Assembly: GCA_020630675.1 (NCBI GenBank)
Contig: JAHDIR010000006.1
Location: 21,132-85,131 of the forward strand
Reading direction: 5' to 3'
Length of the DNA stretch: 64,000 bases
From: Bdellovibrionales bacterium
Lineage (GTDB): Bacteria > Bdellovibrionota > Bdellovibrionia > Bdellovibrionales > UBA1609
The position numbers and the translations under genes are program-made. Under the pieces are notes generated by a model. It was given only the letters and a program-made list of their open reading frames with translations, ran no database searches and was not told the origin of the DNA. Below are positions 47,701 to 55,321 of this stretch, one piece after another (within the stretch, counting starts at the first letter, position 1; the number at the start of each line of letters is the position of its first letter).

Positions 47701-48250
47701 ACCTTTTGCCGACTATGTGCTGTCGATGACCTATACAAGTTCAGACGGAGCAGCTAATTCTGTGAGCAAGTTTATCACAGCCTACGCCAGTACACCTGCG
47801 AAATTAACGATCAGTGATGGTCCTGTTTATGACTTTGGTAATCAGCCACTAAAAACAAAAGTATATAAAGAGTTTGAGGTTGTGAATATTGGGCAAACGG
47901 CAGCTTACCTAAACGAGTATAGATTTAGATGGCCACAAAACAGTCCGGCTTTTTCCTTTCTAAAGGGTAAGCGACCTTGTGGGCAAAAAATTAAGCCTGG
48001 CGAGAGCTGTAGTTTTAAAGTGAGCTTTTATGCTTATGCAAGTAAAGAATATAAGGCGGCCGCTTGGCTGGGGTATCACGATGGTGTGGCAAATACATGG
48101 GCCACAAGAGAGCTTCGTGGCAGTTCTTTTAGTTCAGATAATTTTGAGCAAGGATTGGAATGGGTTGTCTCACAAGATTATTTTGATCCGGTGGAAAATA
48201 ATAAAATTGAATCAAGCTCTCATAAGCAGGAGGTTTCTTTGCTTCAGTAG
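44789..48250 (+). CDS. large secreted protein with nine tandem ASH / choice-of-anchor-D-like Ig-fold repeats
   Basis: Signal peptide, a ~60-aa helical N-module, then nine ~114-aa units. Each unit has (D/E)FG.V..G, T(V/I)TNTGG, PF.F.GG.(Y/F)PG.GG.C and an invariant C-x9-C. Confidence 0.8.
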   Translation: MKVLLLMLIGVFNFSWLVQANPNPSRNIDSLSVTKEKWELYKLLDDIEQELNYNEQSQTQIERSFNFFENSFKALLFRGPRPGKGLAKISFEEGQQYNFGHTTVGGQSSAQLKLVNTGDQTAEAISFSGMTAPFSFKGGGYPGKGGTCGTTLAPEGSCTVVIEVEPTSTSLVTNVLTVIYDDGNDKQESSIDLQSTGVSPAILTISETDPYDFGDVTAGAVNSLFLIITNTGGTAATSMSGVHLVSPFYFAGGSYPGAGGTCTTALNPGTTCSVVINFAPVSTGYVLETLELNYFDGAATVATTRNLQGTGLSPAILTISETDPYNFGEVTENGEAVRTFTVTNTGGSKAGSISGFGLTRPFLFSGGGFPGNGGDCRTTLSPGSLCQIAITFAPTASGVAFDTLELNYLDGAAAQTSTRDLTGYASAPALLSIKPSLTIDFGNVPLQGESVVMLTVTNTGGSEARSIHALGLSAPFSYTGLGYPGTGGDCGSSLPAGTYCQLSISFSPSRQVSSLETLSLNYFDGVKVKTSSKSLRGRGVTPAVLTISNAPEWDFGTVVVGTKNRVHLTVTNSGGFEAWSLEGLGLAAPFSFEGGSFPGTTGDCGVTLKATASCTLAILYSPMAVSADFDKLMLNYDDGVFRQTAFRGLQGAAVAPAKLTISEVDPYDFGLVEMGQQIFQTFIITNTGGARATQIKEVSLATPFLWKKRRASQKKNQRDCNSSLSSGDFCEMVVSFEPTSSGVFSGSLSLDYHSGVSSEQSFRTVVGTGANSANLVLSDGPTYDFLEVAPGHKASHIFTLTNSGGMPADNIHYSSLQAPFSFAGGLFPGVGGTCTSILSSGSSCTLSVEYAPLVPSAADQAELSISYSTGHTIMYAKRQLVGSSKGLPKLEFLSGNFFFNLGHRPVGSVSFATFTIINNGSAGATLKEAQIPAPFFVVKKGPVLNKEACHKKLSPGQHCQLIVKFAPKTLGPFADYVLSMTYTSSDGAANSVSKFITAYASTPAKLTISDGPVYDFGNQPLKTKVYKEFEVVNIGQTAAYLNEYRFRWPQNSPAFSFLKGKRPCGQKIKPGESCSFKVSFYAYASKEYKAAAWLGYHDGVANTWATRELRGSSFSSDNFEQGLEWVVSQDYFDPVENNKIESSSHKQEVSLLQ
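45038..48120 (+). repeat. intragenic tandem repeat array, nine units of about 342 bp
   Basis: Repeat 2 starts at 45383 (tctcctgccatattaacc) and repeat 3 at 45725 (tcaccagctatattaaca), exactly 342 bp apart with clear nucleotide similarity. Later units are more diverged. The outer boundaries are approximate. Confidence 0.75.
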
Positions 48251-48331
48251 ATAATCAATTAAAAAAATGCCTTCATTGATGGAGGCGAAAAGATAAAAAA
48301 ATTGTTAATTCAAATAAAAAAAGGATTTTTT

Positions 48332-48958
48332 ATGAAAAAATTAATCACGCGTTCAATACTTGTAAACTTTATTTGTGGGGCTATTTTATTGCCAATGAGT
48401 TTGGCCACTGTCGAAAAAACATCCACCTTAAAAAAATCAGACCTATATAAATTAGTTTATAAAATCAGAGAAGAACTCAACGAAAACTTACACACAAAAA
48501 AGCAGGTCAAAAAAAGTTATCGTTACCTTGTAGGGGCTTACAAAACATTAACTGAGCCAGAACATAAAATTCAAAATCAGCAATGGGCTCAACTATTAGT
48601 GTTAGATTCCCACAGCCATAACTTTGGCTCATTAAATATTTTATCTAAAAAGAGTGTGAAGAAAAATATTTCTCTTTTGTATTCAGGAAATACCCCTGTG
48701 ACGGATATTGTTTTAATGTATGACGGCGCCGTCTTGCTAACAAATAGTGATCAGGAAAGAAAACAAGCCCAATGGCAGAGCTCAGCTTTTAGCGTTTCAT
48801 CGACCTGTGATTTTTCTTTGCTTGAGCAAGAATGTCAGTTGTCTGTTGAGTTTTTTCCTCAAAGTAAAACAAACTATGAAATGAACCTAGAGGTTCATTA
48901 TCAAGCGGGCTTTGAAGAGAAGGTTTTAACTTTAAGCTTTATGGGCAAGGGAGTTTAA
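48332..48958 (+). CDS. small secreted paralogue: the same N-terminal helical module plus one ASH-like domain
   Basis: Signal peptide. DLYKLVYKIREELNENLHTKKQVKKSYRYLVGAYKTL aligns with ELYKLLDDIEQELNYNEQSQTQIERSFNFFENSFKAL of the giant protein. The C-terminal domain has HNFGSLN... and C-x8-C...VEFFP. Confidence 0.65.
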   Translation: MKKLITRSILVNFICGAILLPMSLATVEKTSTLKKSDLYKLVYKIREELNENLHTKKQVKKSYRYLVGAYKTLTEPEHKIQNQQWAQLLVLDSHSHNFGSLNILSKKSVKKNISLLYSGNTPVTDIVLMYDGAVLLTNSDQERKQAQWQSSAFSVSSTCDFSLLEQECQLSVEFFPQSKTNYEMNLEVHYQAGFEEKVLTLSFMGKGV

Positions 48959-49242
48959 AAGTTTATTGAGATAGTTGGAGTTGTATCAGGCCTCTATGGG
49001 TGGTTTTATTCCTGTACTTACGGTGCTTTAGGTCTGTTTTATATTGTTTTTTCAAAAAGTTCAAAAAGAAAGGTGAACAAGAATTTGTAGCTTATACCCT
49101 TTGGTGGGATTGGCTATAAGTTTGACAGTGTAGCCTTGAAGATATTTCTAAAAATAAGCTTTTGTTTGATTATAACCTAAGATTTTCTTACTTATAAACT
49201 TTGAGCGAGTTGAAATAATAACTAAAACTTGGAGCTGTTTTT

Positions 49243-50169
49243 TTGAAAAATGCTGTAAAATATTTGGTGACGACATTAATTTTTTCGATTTTTACTTCAG
49301 GAGCCTTGGCCCAAAATCAACAAATGCTTGGTGCTTGTGATTCGGAGGGTTACAGTTCAGAGTTAAAAACAAGCAAAGGAGAAACCTACTTTTTTAAAAC
49401 AAGCGTTTCAGGTTTTGTTTACAAATTTGTGCCTCAAGGTGAAGATGTTCCTCTATTTGAAATATACAAATGTCCTTTGAGTTATCAGACAAAAGAAGAG
49501 TGCTTGGAAAAGCATACTTATTATGAAAACCTAGTTGGTAAGGAAAAAGGTAAAAGCTATCCTATGATCAGTAGGTCCGTTAAATACGCTCACTCAAGTT
49601 ACGATAGATATGTTGAGTGGCTTGACGGATACTTAGCATACATTAAAGATCAACTTGCTCTTCAAGAGAATTATCATCAATTTGTAACAAAGCTCATTAG
49701 TAAACATGTTACTTTAACACAACAACATCTTGAAAATCCAAACACCGACAAGACACTGAATATGCATATTTTTAACTCTTTAAAGAAGCCTGTTTTAACC
49801 TTGCCTTTGTTTAAGTGGGAGCAAAATCCAGAAACTGGGAAAGGCTACTACCCTAGGCTTGGACCAAATACAGAGCCTGAAGAGATTACCCAGCACTTTT
49901 TTAAGCGGAGTGAGAGCGGAAGTTTTGAAATTAGAAGGAACGTGTTAGAGTCGGCCATAGAGGATGAGGTTAAGCAGCTGCAAAAAAAAGAAACATTTGC
50001 GCAGCATCTTTGCGAAGAGAGACTTTTTTATTTTACGCAATTTTACGATCTCTCTAAAGAATTTAAATTTATCAGTATTAACAACAAGGCAAACCCAAAT
50101 GTGGAGCTTTCATTTTCTACCAAACTCAATAATTATGGGCTCTTATTCGGCGTTCAGTTTCCTCAATAA
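49243..50169 (+). CDS. secreted hypothetical protein
   Basis: Signal peptide (TLIFSIFTSGALAQ). TTG start. No recognisable family. Confidence 0.45.
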   Translation: MKNAVKYLVTTLIFSIFTSGALAQNQQMLGACDSEGYSSELKTSKGETYFFKTSVSGFVYKFVPQGEDVPLFEIYKCPLSYQTKEECLEKHTYYENLVGKEKGKSYPMISRSVKYAHSSYDRYVEWLDGYLAYIKDQLALQENYHQFVTKLISKHVTLTQQHLENPNTDKTLNMHIFNSLKKPVLTLPLFKWEQNPETGKGYYPRLGPNTEPEEITQHFFKRSESGSFEIRRNVLESAIEDEVKQLQKKETFAQHLCEERLFYFTQFYDLSKEFKFISINNKANPNVELSFSTKLNNYGLLFGVQFPQ

Positions 50170-50337
50170 ACAAACTTTAAGGCTTTGCTGGTTGTTTGGC
50201 CTTCTTTTTATTTCATAATTGAATCTAAGAAAATTTTTGGCCTAGTAATATAACTAAGCGGCATTGGCAGTTAAGCTAGACTTTAGTTTTGCTAGCTTCT
50301 GAGGTTTTATTTTACGCACACTGTTTTTCATGGGGCC

Positions 50338-51126
50338 ATGAAGGCGAAGCAAAAAAACACACTATCAAAAAAAATATATTTAGTATCTAATGATCTTATG
50401 GGAAAAAAGATTCTATTTATATTTATGCTTTTAACTTTAAGTGGCGTTACATTAGTTTTTGCCACGTACAAAGGTTTTTTTGATATTCAAAAATTAGAAA
50501 TTCAACTTTCAAAAAAAGAAAAGGGTTTGGACCATCAAGGCTTAAAAGTCTTGGCTCGAAAAAATTTAAAAGCGGTTTTAGGAGAAACTCTTTTTGGAGT
50601 TTCGTTAAAAAAAATTTACCAAAAAGTGATCACTGACCCACGCATCAAAAGTATCAATGTAAAACGGCGCTTTCCCAATCAGTTGACAGTTGAAATAGAG
50701 CCCCTCAAGCCAAAGCTGGCCTTAATGTCTTTTCAGCATGGTTTACACATTGTCTCTCAGTCAGGGAAAATTTTGCCTGTGAAGTACTCTGAACAGAATA
50801 TGGATTTACCGATACTTCGTGGGGCTAATTTTCATCAAAAATTAGGCCTGAGACAAAAAGCCATTCGTTTACTTGAAGACATTCCTGATCAAGGAATTTT
50901 TAGCCGTCAAAATATTTCTGAAATTCGTTATGATGAAAAAAATGGGTTTTCACTTTTCCTTGTTCATCGACAAACATTAGTGAAATTAGGTCAGGATTTC
51001 TCTCCTCAGAAATCGAGTTATATCGAAAGAGCGATGAGTTATCTTGAAAGCCAAAGGATGGAAGGCCGCGTTATTGATGCTCGTTTCTCAAAAAAAGTTG
51101 TTGTCAAGCTGCGTAACGAACCTTAG
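50338..51126 (+). CDS. ftsQ: cell division protein FtsQ
   Basis: Bitopic protein (TM ILFIFMLLTLSGVTLVFA) with a POTRA-like region (IKSINVKRRFPNQLTVEIEP), directly upstream of ftsA. Confidence 0.8.
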   Translation: MKAKQKNTLSKKIYLVSNDLMGKKILFIFMLLTLSGVTLVFATYKGFFDIQKLEIQLSKKEKGLDHQGLKVLARKNLKAVLGETLFGVSLKKIYQKVITDPRIKSINVKRRFPNQLTVEIEPLKPKLALMSFQHGLHIVSQSGKILPVKYSEQNMDLPILRGANFHQKLGLRQKAIRLLEDIPDQGIFSRQNISEIRYDEKNGFSLFLVHRQTLVKLGQDFSPQKSSYIERAMSYLESQRMEGRVIDARFSKKVVVKLRNEP

Positions 51127-51196
51127 GCTTAAAGTAGAGGTTCAACGGATGAACCTAGCTTAAAGATCTGATTAAGCAACTAGCAAAAGGACTTGG

Positions 51197-52471
51197 ATGT
51201 CAAAAGCAAAGCCTCAAACGACTTATTTAGCCGCATTAGATATTGGATCCACTAAAGTTGTATTTTCCATAGCTCAAGCTAAGCCTTCTGGTATTGAAAT
51301 TATCGGTTTAGGCTCTGTGCCTCACTCTGGCGTTAAACAAGGTTTAGTTGTCAATATAGAATCTACTTCAGAGGCCATCACAAAGGCCAAAGAAGAGGCC
51401 GAGCTAATGGCAGGAACCTCTGTTGATCAAGTCTGGTTAGGGGTGGGCGGATCTTATATTCAATCTTTCCAGTCATCTGGTATGGTGGCCGTGAGTGATA
51501 AAGAAGTTTCTCAAAGAGATGTTGACCGTGTTATAGAGGCGGCAAAAGCAGTGGCGATCCCTTCTGATCGCAGCGTTTTACATGTTATTCCTAATTTTTA
51601 CAAAGTAGATAATCAAGATGGTATCAGTGACCCACTCGGAATGACGGGGGTTCGCCTAGAGGCCTCAGTTTTAATCGTGACGGCTTTAAAGTCATCAATG
51701 CAAAATTCAATACGAGCCACAGAAAAAGCTGGGCTTAAAGTAAAAGGAACAGTTTTACAAACATTGGCGGCTTCGAAAGCTGTTTTGACTGACGATGAAA
51801 AAGACATGGGCTCAAGCTTAATTATTCTTGGCGGCAGTAAAACAGAAATCATTAGTTTTGTGGGAGGTAGTGCTATACATACCTCAGTGATTCCGGTGGG
51901 GGGTATTCATTTTACACAAGATGTAGCGATGGGTTTAAGAACAACTCAGGCCAACGCAGAGGTGTTGAAGTGTAAGCATGCCTATGCCCTTTCTCAAACC
52001 ATTGAAGGGGAAGAAACGATCGAAGTGGAAAGCGTTGGTGGCCGTCCATCACGCACTATAGATAAAAAAGCCCTTTGCGATATTATTGAAGCTAGGTCTG
52101 AAGAGACCTTAGGCTTAGTTGGGTCGGAGTTGAATAAAAATAATTTAATTTCTTTATTGGGCTCTGGGGTGGTTATTACTGGTGGTGGAAGTCAATTGAA
52201 TGGCCTCATTGATTTAGCTGACTTTATATTTGATGTGCCGGTGCGCTCGGGGGCTCCCAAAAAAGTAGGTGGGTTAACAGACGTTGTGAGCTCTCCTCAT
52301 TTTTCCACGACGGTGGGTCTGTTGCTTTATGGGCGTGATCAAATTTCTGAAGATATTTTAGATGAAGAAGATGTTTTAGATAACTCGAAAGAAGACGAAG
52401 AGACATATTCTTTCGATTCTATAAAAGAGTTAAGTAATAAAGTTAAAAAGTATTTTGAAAAATTATTTTAA
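51197..52471 (+). CDS. ftsA: cell division protein FtsA
   Basis: Actin-fold motifs (ALDIGSTKV, VVITGGGSQLNGL) and a C-terminal amphipathic helix (KVKKYFEKLF). Confidence 0.95.
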   Translation: MSKAKPQTTYLAALDIGSTKVVFSIAQAKPSGIEIIGLGSVPHSGVKQGLVVNIESTSEAITKAKEEAELMAGTSVDQVWLGVGGSYIQSFQSSGMVAVSDKEVSQRDVDRVIEAAKAVAIPSDRSVLHVIPNFYKVDNQDGISDPLGMTGVRLEASVLIVTALKSSMQNSIRATEKAGLKVKGTVLQTLAASKAVLTDDEKDMGSSLIILGGSKTEIISFVGGSAIHTSVIPVGGIHFTQDVAMGLRTTQANAEVLKCKHAYALSQTIEGEETIEVESVGGRPSRTIDKKALCDIIEARSEETLGLVGSELNKNNLISLLGSGVVITGGGSQLNGLIDLADFIFDVPVRSGAPKKVGGLTDVVSSPHFSTTVGLLLYGRDQISEDILDEEDVLDNSKEDEETYSFDSIKELSNKVKKYFEKLF

Positions 52472-52483
52472 TGAGGGGGATAT

Positions 52484-53956
52484 ATGTTTGAACTAGAAGA
52501 GAGCACCAACCTGGGCGCAAAAATTAAAGTCATTGGTGTTGGTGGCGGCGGTAATAACGCTGTTCAAACGATGATTGAAGGTGGACTTTCCGGCGTTGAA
52601 TTTATTGTTGCCAATACGGACCGCCAATGTCTAGAGGCCACTAAGTCGGATAAAAAAATTAACTTAGGAAGTGAGTTAACAAAAGGCTTAGGAGCTGGAG
52701 CCAACCCTGAAACTGGTAAGCGTGCGGCAATAGAATCTTACAACGACATCGTTGAAGCTTTAGAAGGGGCCGATATGGTTTTTGTGACGGCTGGAATGGG
52801 TGGTGGCACAGGCACCGGTGGAGCTCCCATTGTCGCTAAAATTGCCAAAGAGCTTGGCGCTTTAACGATCGGAGTTGTCACTCGTCCTTTCATATTTGAA
52901 GGTAAGAAAAGAAAAAAACATGCAGACTTAGGGATCACTGAATTAAAAGAAAATGTTGATACTTTAATTGTTATCCCCAACCAAAAGTTACTGACAATTT
53001 CTAGTGAAAAAACTCCTTTAGTAGATACTTTTAAGCAAGCCGATCATGTATTATTTCAGGCCGTCAAAGGAATTTCAGACCTCATTAATATTCGTGGTCT
53101 TATCAACCTTGATTTCGCTGACATCAGAACAGTGATGGCTTCACAAGGTATGGCAATTATGGGTTCTGGTGCTGCTAGTGGTGAAAACAGAGCTGTCGAA
53201 GCCGCCAGTGCCGCCATATCTTCTCCATTACTTGAAAACATAGCTATTGATGGAGCAACAGGTATCATTATTAATGTCACCGGTGGTGATGATCTGACCT
53301 TATGGGAAGTGAACGAGGCCTCTACATTAATTACTGAGGCTGCCCATGAAGATGCCGAAATCATATTTGGTGCTGTGATTGATGAAAATATGGGAGACGA
53401 AGTGAGGGTGACTGTGATTGCCACAGGTTTTGGTGATGAAAACCAAAAGATGATCAGTGATCAAATCAGTAAGCTTAAAATGATGGCGCAAGCGAATTTA
53501 GCTCAGATGCCACCTTCTAGCCCTGACTTAACAATGCCTGAAGTGCCTAATCATCAAAATAGAATGGTTTCATCTCAACCGGAAAGTTTGTCTCCGGAGC
53601 CGGTGACACAGATTGATGAATCAACACTCAATGGAGCGCAAGGGCTAACTCCGCCATTAAGTACACCAGTTAATGTTCAAGCTGATACTTCTGCTAATGG
53701 CCCTGTGGCTGAAAATGGTGTGCTTCCAAGAGATTTATTAATGGCTAAGGTGAAGGCTTTTAAACAAAGTCAAATGACATCCGTTGGAGACCCAGAAACT
53801 CCCTCTCAAGAACAATTGACTATGAATATAGAGGAAGGTTATCAAGAGGGCAGAAAAGTTGAAAGTTCTCCGAGTTCTCCTTTTAAAGCTGAGAATCTTG
53901 AGATTCCCTCTTACTTAAGGAAACAGCAAAATTTAAATGATCAAGGCCGAAACTAA
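52484..53956 (+). CDS. ftsZ: cell division GTPase FtsZ with a long disordered linker
   Basis: [10 protein letters not shown], the tubulin signature [10 protein letters not shown] and NLDFADI, followed by a ~130-aa P/S/Q-rich linker and the conserved C-terminal peptide [10 protein letters not shown]. Confidence 0.97.
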   Translation: MFELEESTNLGAKIKVIGVGGGGNNAVQTMIEGGLSGVEFIVANTDRQCLEATKSDKKINLGSELTKGLGAGANPETGKRAAIESYNDIVEALEGADMVFVTAGMGGGTGTGGAPIVAKIAKELGALTIGVVTRPFIFEGKKRKKHADLGITELKENVDTLIVIPNQKLLTISSEKTPLVDTFKQADHVLFQAVKGISDLINIRGLINLDFADIRTVMASQGMAIMGSGAASGENRAVEAASAAISSPLLENIAIDGATGIIINVTGGDDLTLWEVNEASTLITEAAHEDAEIIFGAVIDENMGDEVRVTVIATGFGDENQKMISDQISKLKMMAQANLAQMPPSSPDLTMPEVPNHQNRMVSSQPESLSPEPVTQIDESTLNGAQGLTPPLSTPVNVQADTSANGPVAENGVLPRDLLMAKVKAFKQSQMTSVGDPETPSQEQLTMNIEEGYQEGRKVESSPSSPFKAENLEIPSYLRKQQNLNDQGRN

Positions 53957-54683
53957 ACCTTTTAAATTCCATTTTGTTTCAGATATTCATTTGGGCTCTC
54001 GACGAGAGCCCAATTTTTTATTGTTTAAAGCCTACTTGCAAAGTCTTGAAAGTAAAAATGTCACACATTTATTTTTAATGGGTGATATATTTAATTTGTG
54101 GGTGGCCAACCACCGTTATTTTATTGATGAGTATATCGAACTCATTGATGAAATAAAAAAACAGGCTCAAGCCGGTTTAGAAGTTCATTACTTTGAGGGA
54201 AATCATGACTTTCATTTGCGTCAGTTTTGGCAAAATGAACTGGGAGTTTTTGTTTACGACTCTCCTCAAAGGTTAGATGTAAATGGGGTTCGGCTTTATT
54301 TAGCTCATGGCGATGAATTTGATGCCTCAGATATAAACTACCTTCGCTTGCGTGTTTTTTTTAGATCTCCGATGATGACCTTTTTAGCTCACCACTTACC
54401 TGGTGTTGTTGTGCGAGCTATTGGGCAAAAGGCTGAGCAAAAAAGCCATGGACATTATTTAAGAGAAAATAAAAATGAAAAAAAAATCATTCAGTTGTTA
54501 CGAAATTTTGCCAAGGCAGAATATCAAGTTTCAAATTATGATTACTTAATCGCTGGGCATTTTCATATTAGAGACGAATATAAGGTTAATAATAAAGCTA
54601 AGGCTATTAACCTTGGCACTTGGCTCGAGGCTCCCGGAGTTTATGAAATTACCTCAGAGCGCGCTCATTTTATTGATTTATAA
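53937..54683 (+). CDS. lpxH: UDP-2,3-diacylglucosamine diphosphatase
   Basis: Metallophosphoesterase motifs in the LpxH arrangement: [35 protein letters not shown]. It overlaps the ftsZ 3' end by 20 nt. Confidence 0.85.
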   Translation: MIKAETKPFKFHFVSDIHLGSRREPNFLLFKAYLQSLESKNVTHLFLMGDIFNLWVANHRYFIDEYIELIDEIKKQAQAGLEVHYFEGNHDFHLRQFWQNELGVFVYDSPQRLDVNGVRLYLAHGDEFDASDINYLRLRVFFRSPMMTFLAHHLPGVVVRAIGQKAEQKSHGHYLRENKNEKKIIQLLRNFAKAEYQVSNYDYLIAGHFHIRDEYKVNNKAKAINLGTWLEAPGVYEITSERAHFIDL

Positions 54684-54696
54684 ATATTTTTTTACC

Positions 54697-55065
54697 TTAG
54701 AAGCTTTGTTCAATCTCTTCAAAGCTTTGGCCGTCAATATCTCTTTCAATGTCAGAGAAGTCTTTATCAAAAGTCATTGATTCCCACTCGGTGGCTTCTT
54801 GGTTTAAAGCGCTTTGTAATTGTAAGCTATTGTAAATTTTATGACCATCAATTTTCTGAATGAGGTCCCCCTTTTTATAACCCATATCTTGGTAAATACT
54901 GTCTTTACTCATAGAGATAACCTTAAAGCCAATAATCTTTTTTTTATCGTACTCAGCAGTTAACTGAATTTCATTGCCAACATCTATAACTTGCGGGTTA
55001 GGAACACTGGCCATTGTTGCGAAAAAAGAAAAATATAAACTAGTAAATATAAAAAATCTCTTCAT
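54697..55065 (-). CDS. small secreted PDZ-domain protein
   Basis: Signal peptide, then GFKVISMSKDSIYQDMGYKKGDLIQKIDGHKI (PDZ-like GLGF-loop region). Confidence 0.5.
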   Translation of the reverse strand: MKRFFIFTSLYFSFFATMASVPNPQVIDVGNEIQLTAEYDKKKIIGFKVISMSKDSIYQDMGYKKGDLIQKIDGHKIYNSLQLQSALNQEATEWESMTFDKDFSDIERDIDGQSFEEIEQSF

Positions 55066-55321
55066 TGATGACTCCTGTTTTTTGTTTAAAAAATTGTTGG
55101 TTATTAGAGGTTAAGGCTCAAAGTCGAGGTTTGCAAGGAGCAAAGGCCACAGAGAAAAGCTTGGGCATAAGACAGTAGCCCATAGTCTAGCTTTTATTTA
55201 CAAATATAAAAAAGAGGAGGGCCTGTCAGGCTAGTTTTTAATGGGACTTTGACGAAATCACCACTGAGTCATTAAAATAATAGGGTCTGATTTATTTTAA
55301 CAAAAAAACGAAAGGAACTTT

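Noticed and set aside
45038-48120. The 342-bp periodic repeats as a CRISPR-like or non-coding satellite array
   Set aside because: The repeats lie entirely within one long open frame with a conserved protein-level pattern. There are no short invariant repeats with unique spacers.
48959-49242. The 284-bp gap after the small ASH paralogue inspected for a hidden small gene or structured RNA
   Set aside because: Only very short ORFs and weak stems are found, and nothing is supportable from sequence alone.
31333-50169. The three dcw insertions as mobile elements or integrated phage remnants
   Set aside because: I recognised no integrase, transposase, recombinase, tRNA target, or flanking direct or inverted repeats. 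Horizontal origin remains possible, but nothing visible in the sequence supports it.
52738-53424. Two minus-strand ORFs of 80 and 122 aa inside ftsZ
   Set aside because: They lie antisense to a highly conserved gene. Their Gly/Ala/Pro/Thr-rich translations mirror the ftsZ codons. No start context or recognisable motif is present, so these are shadow ORFs.
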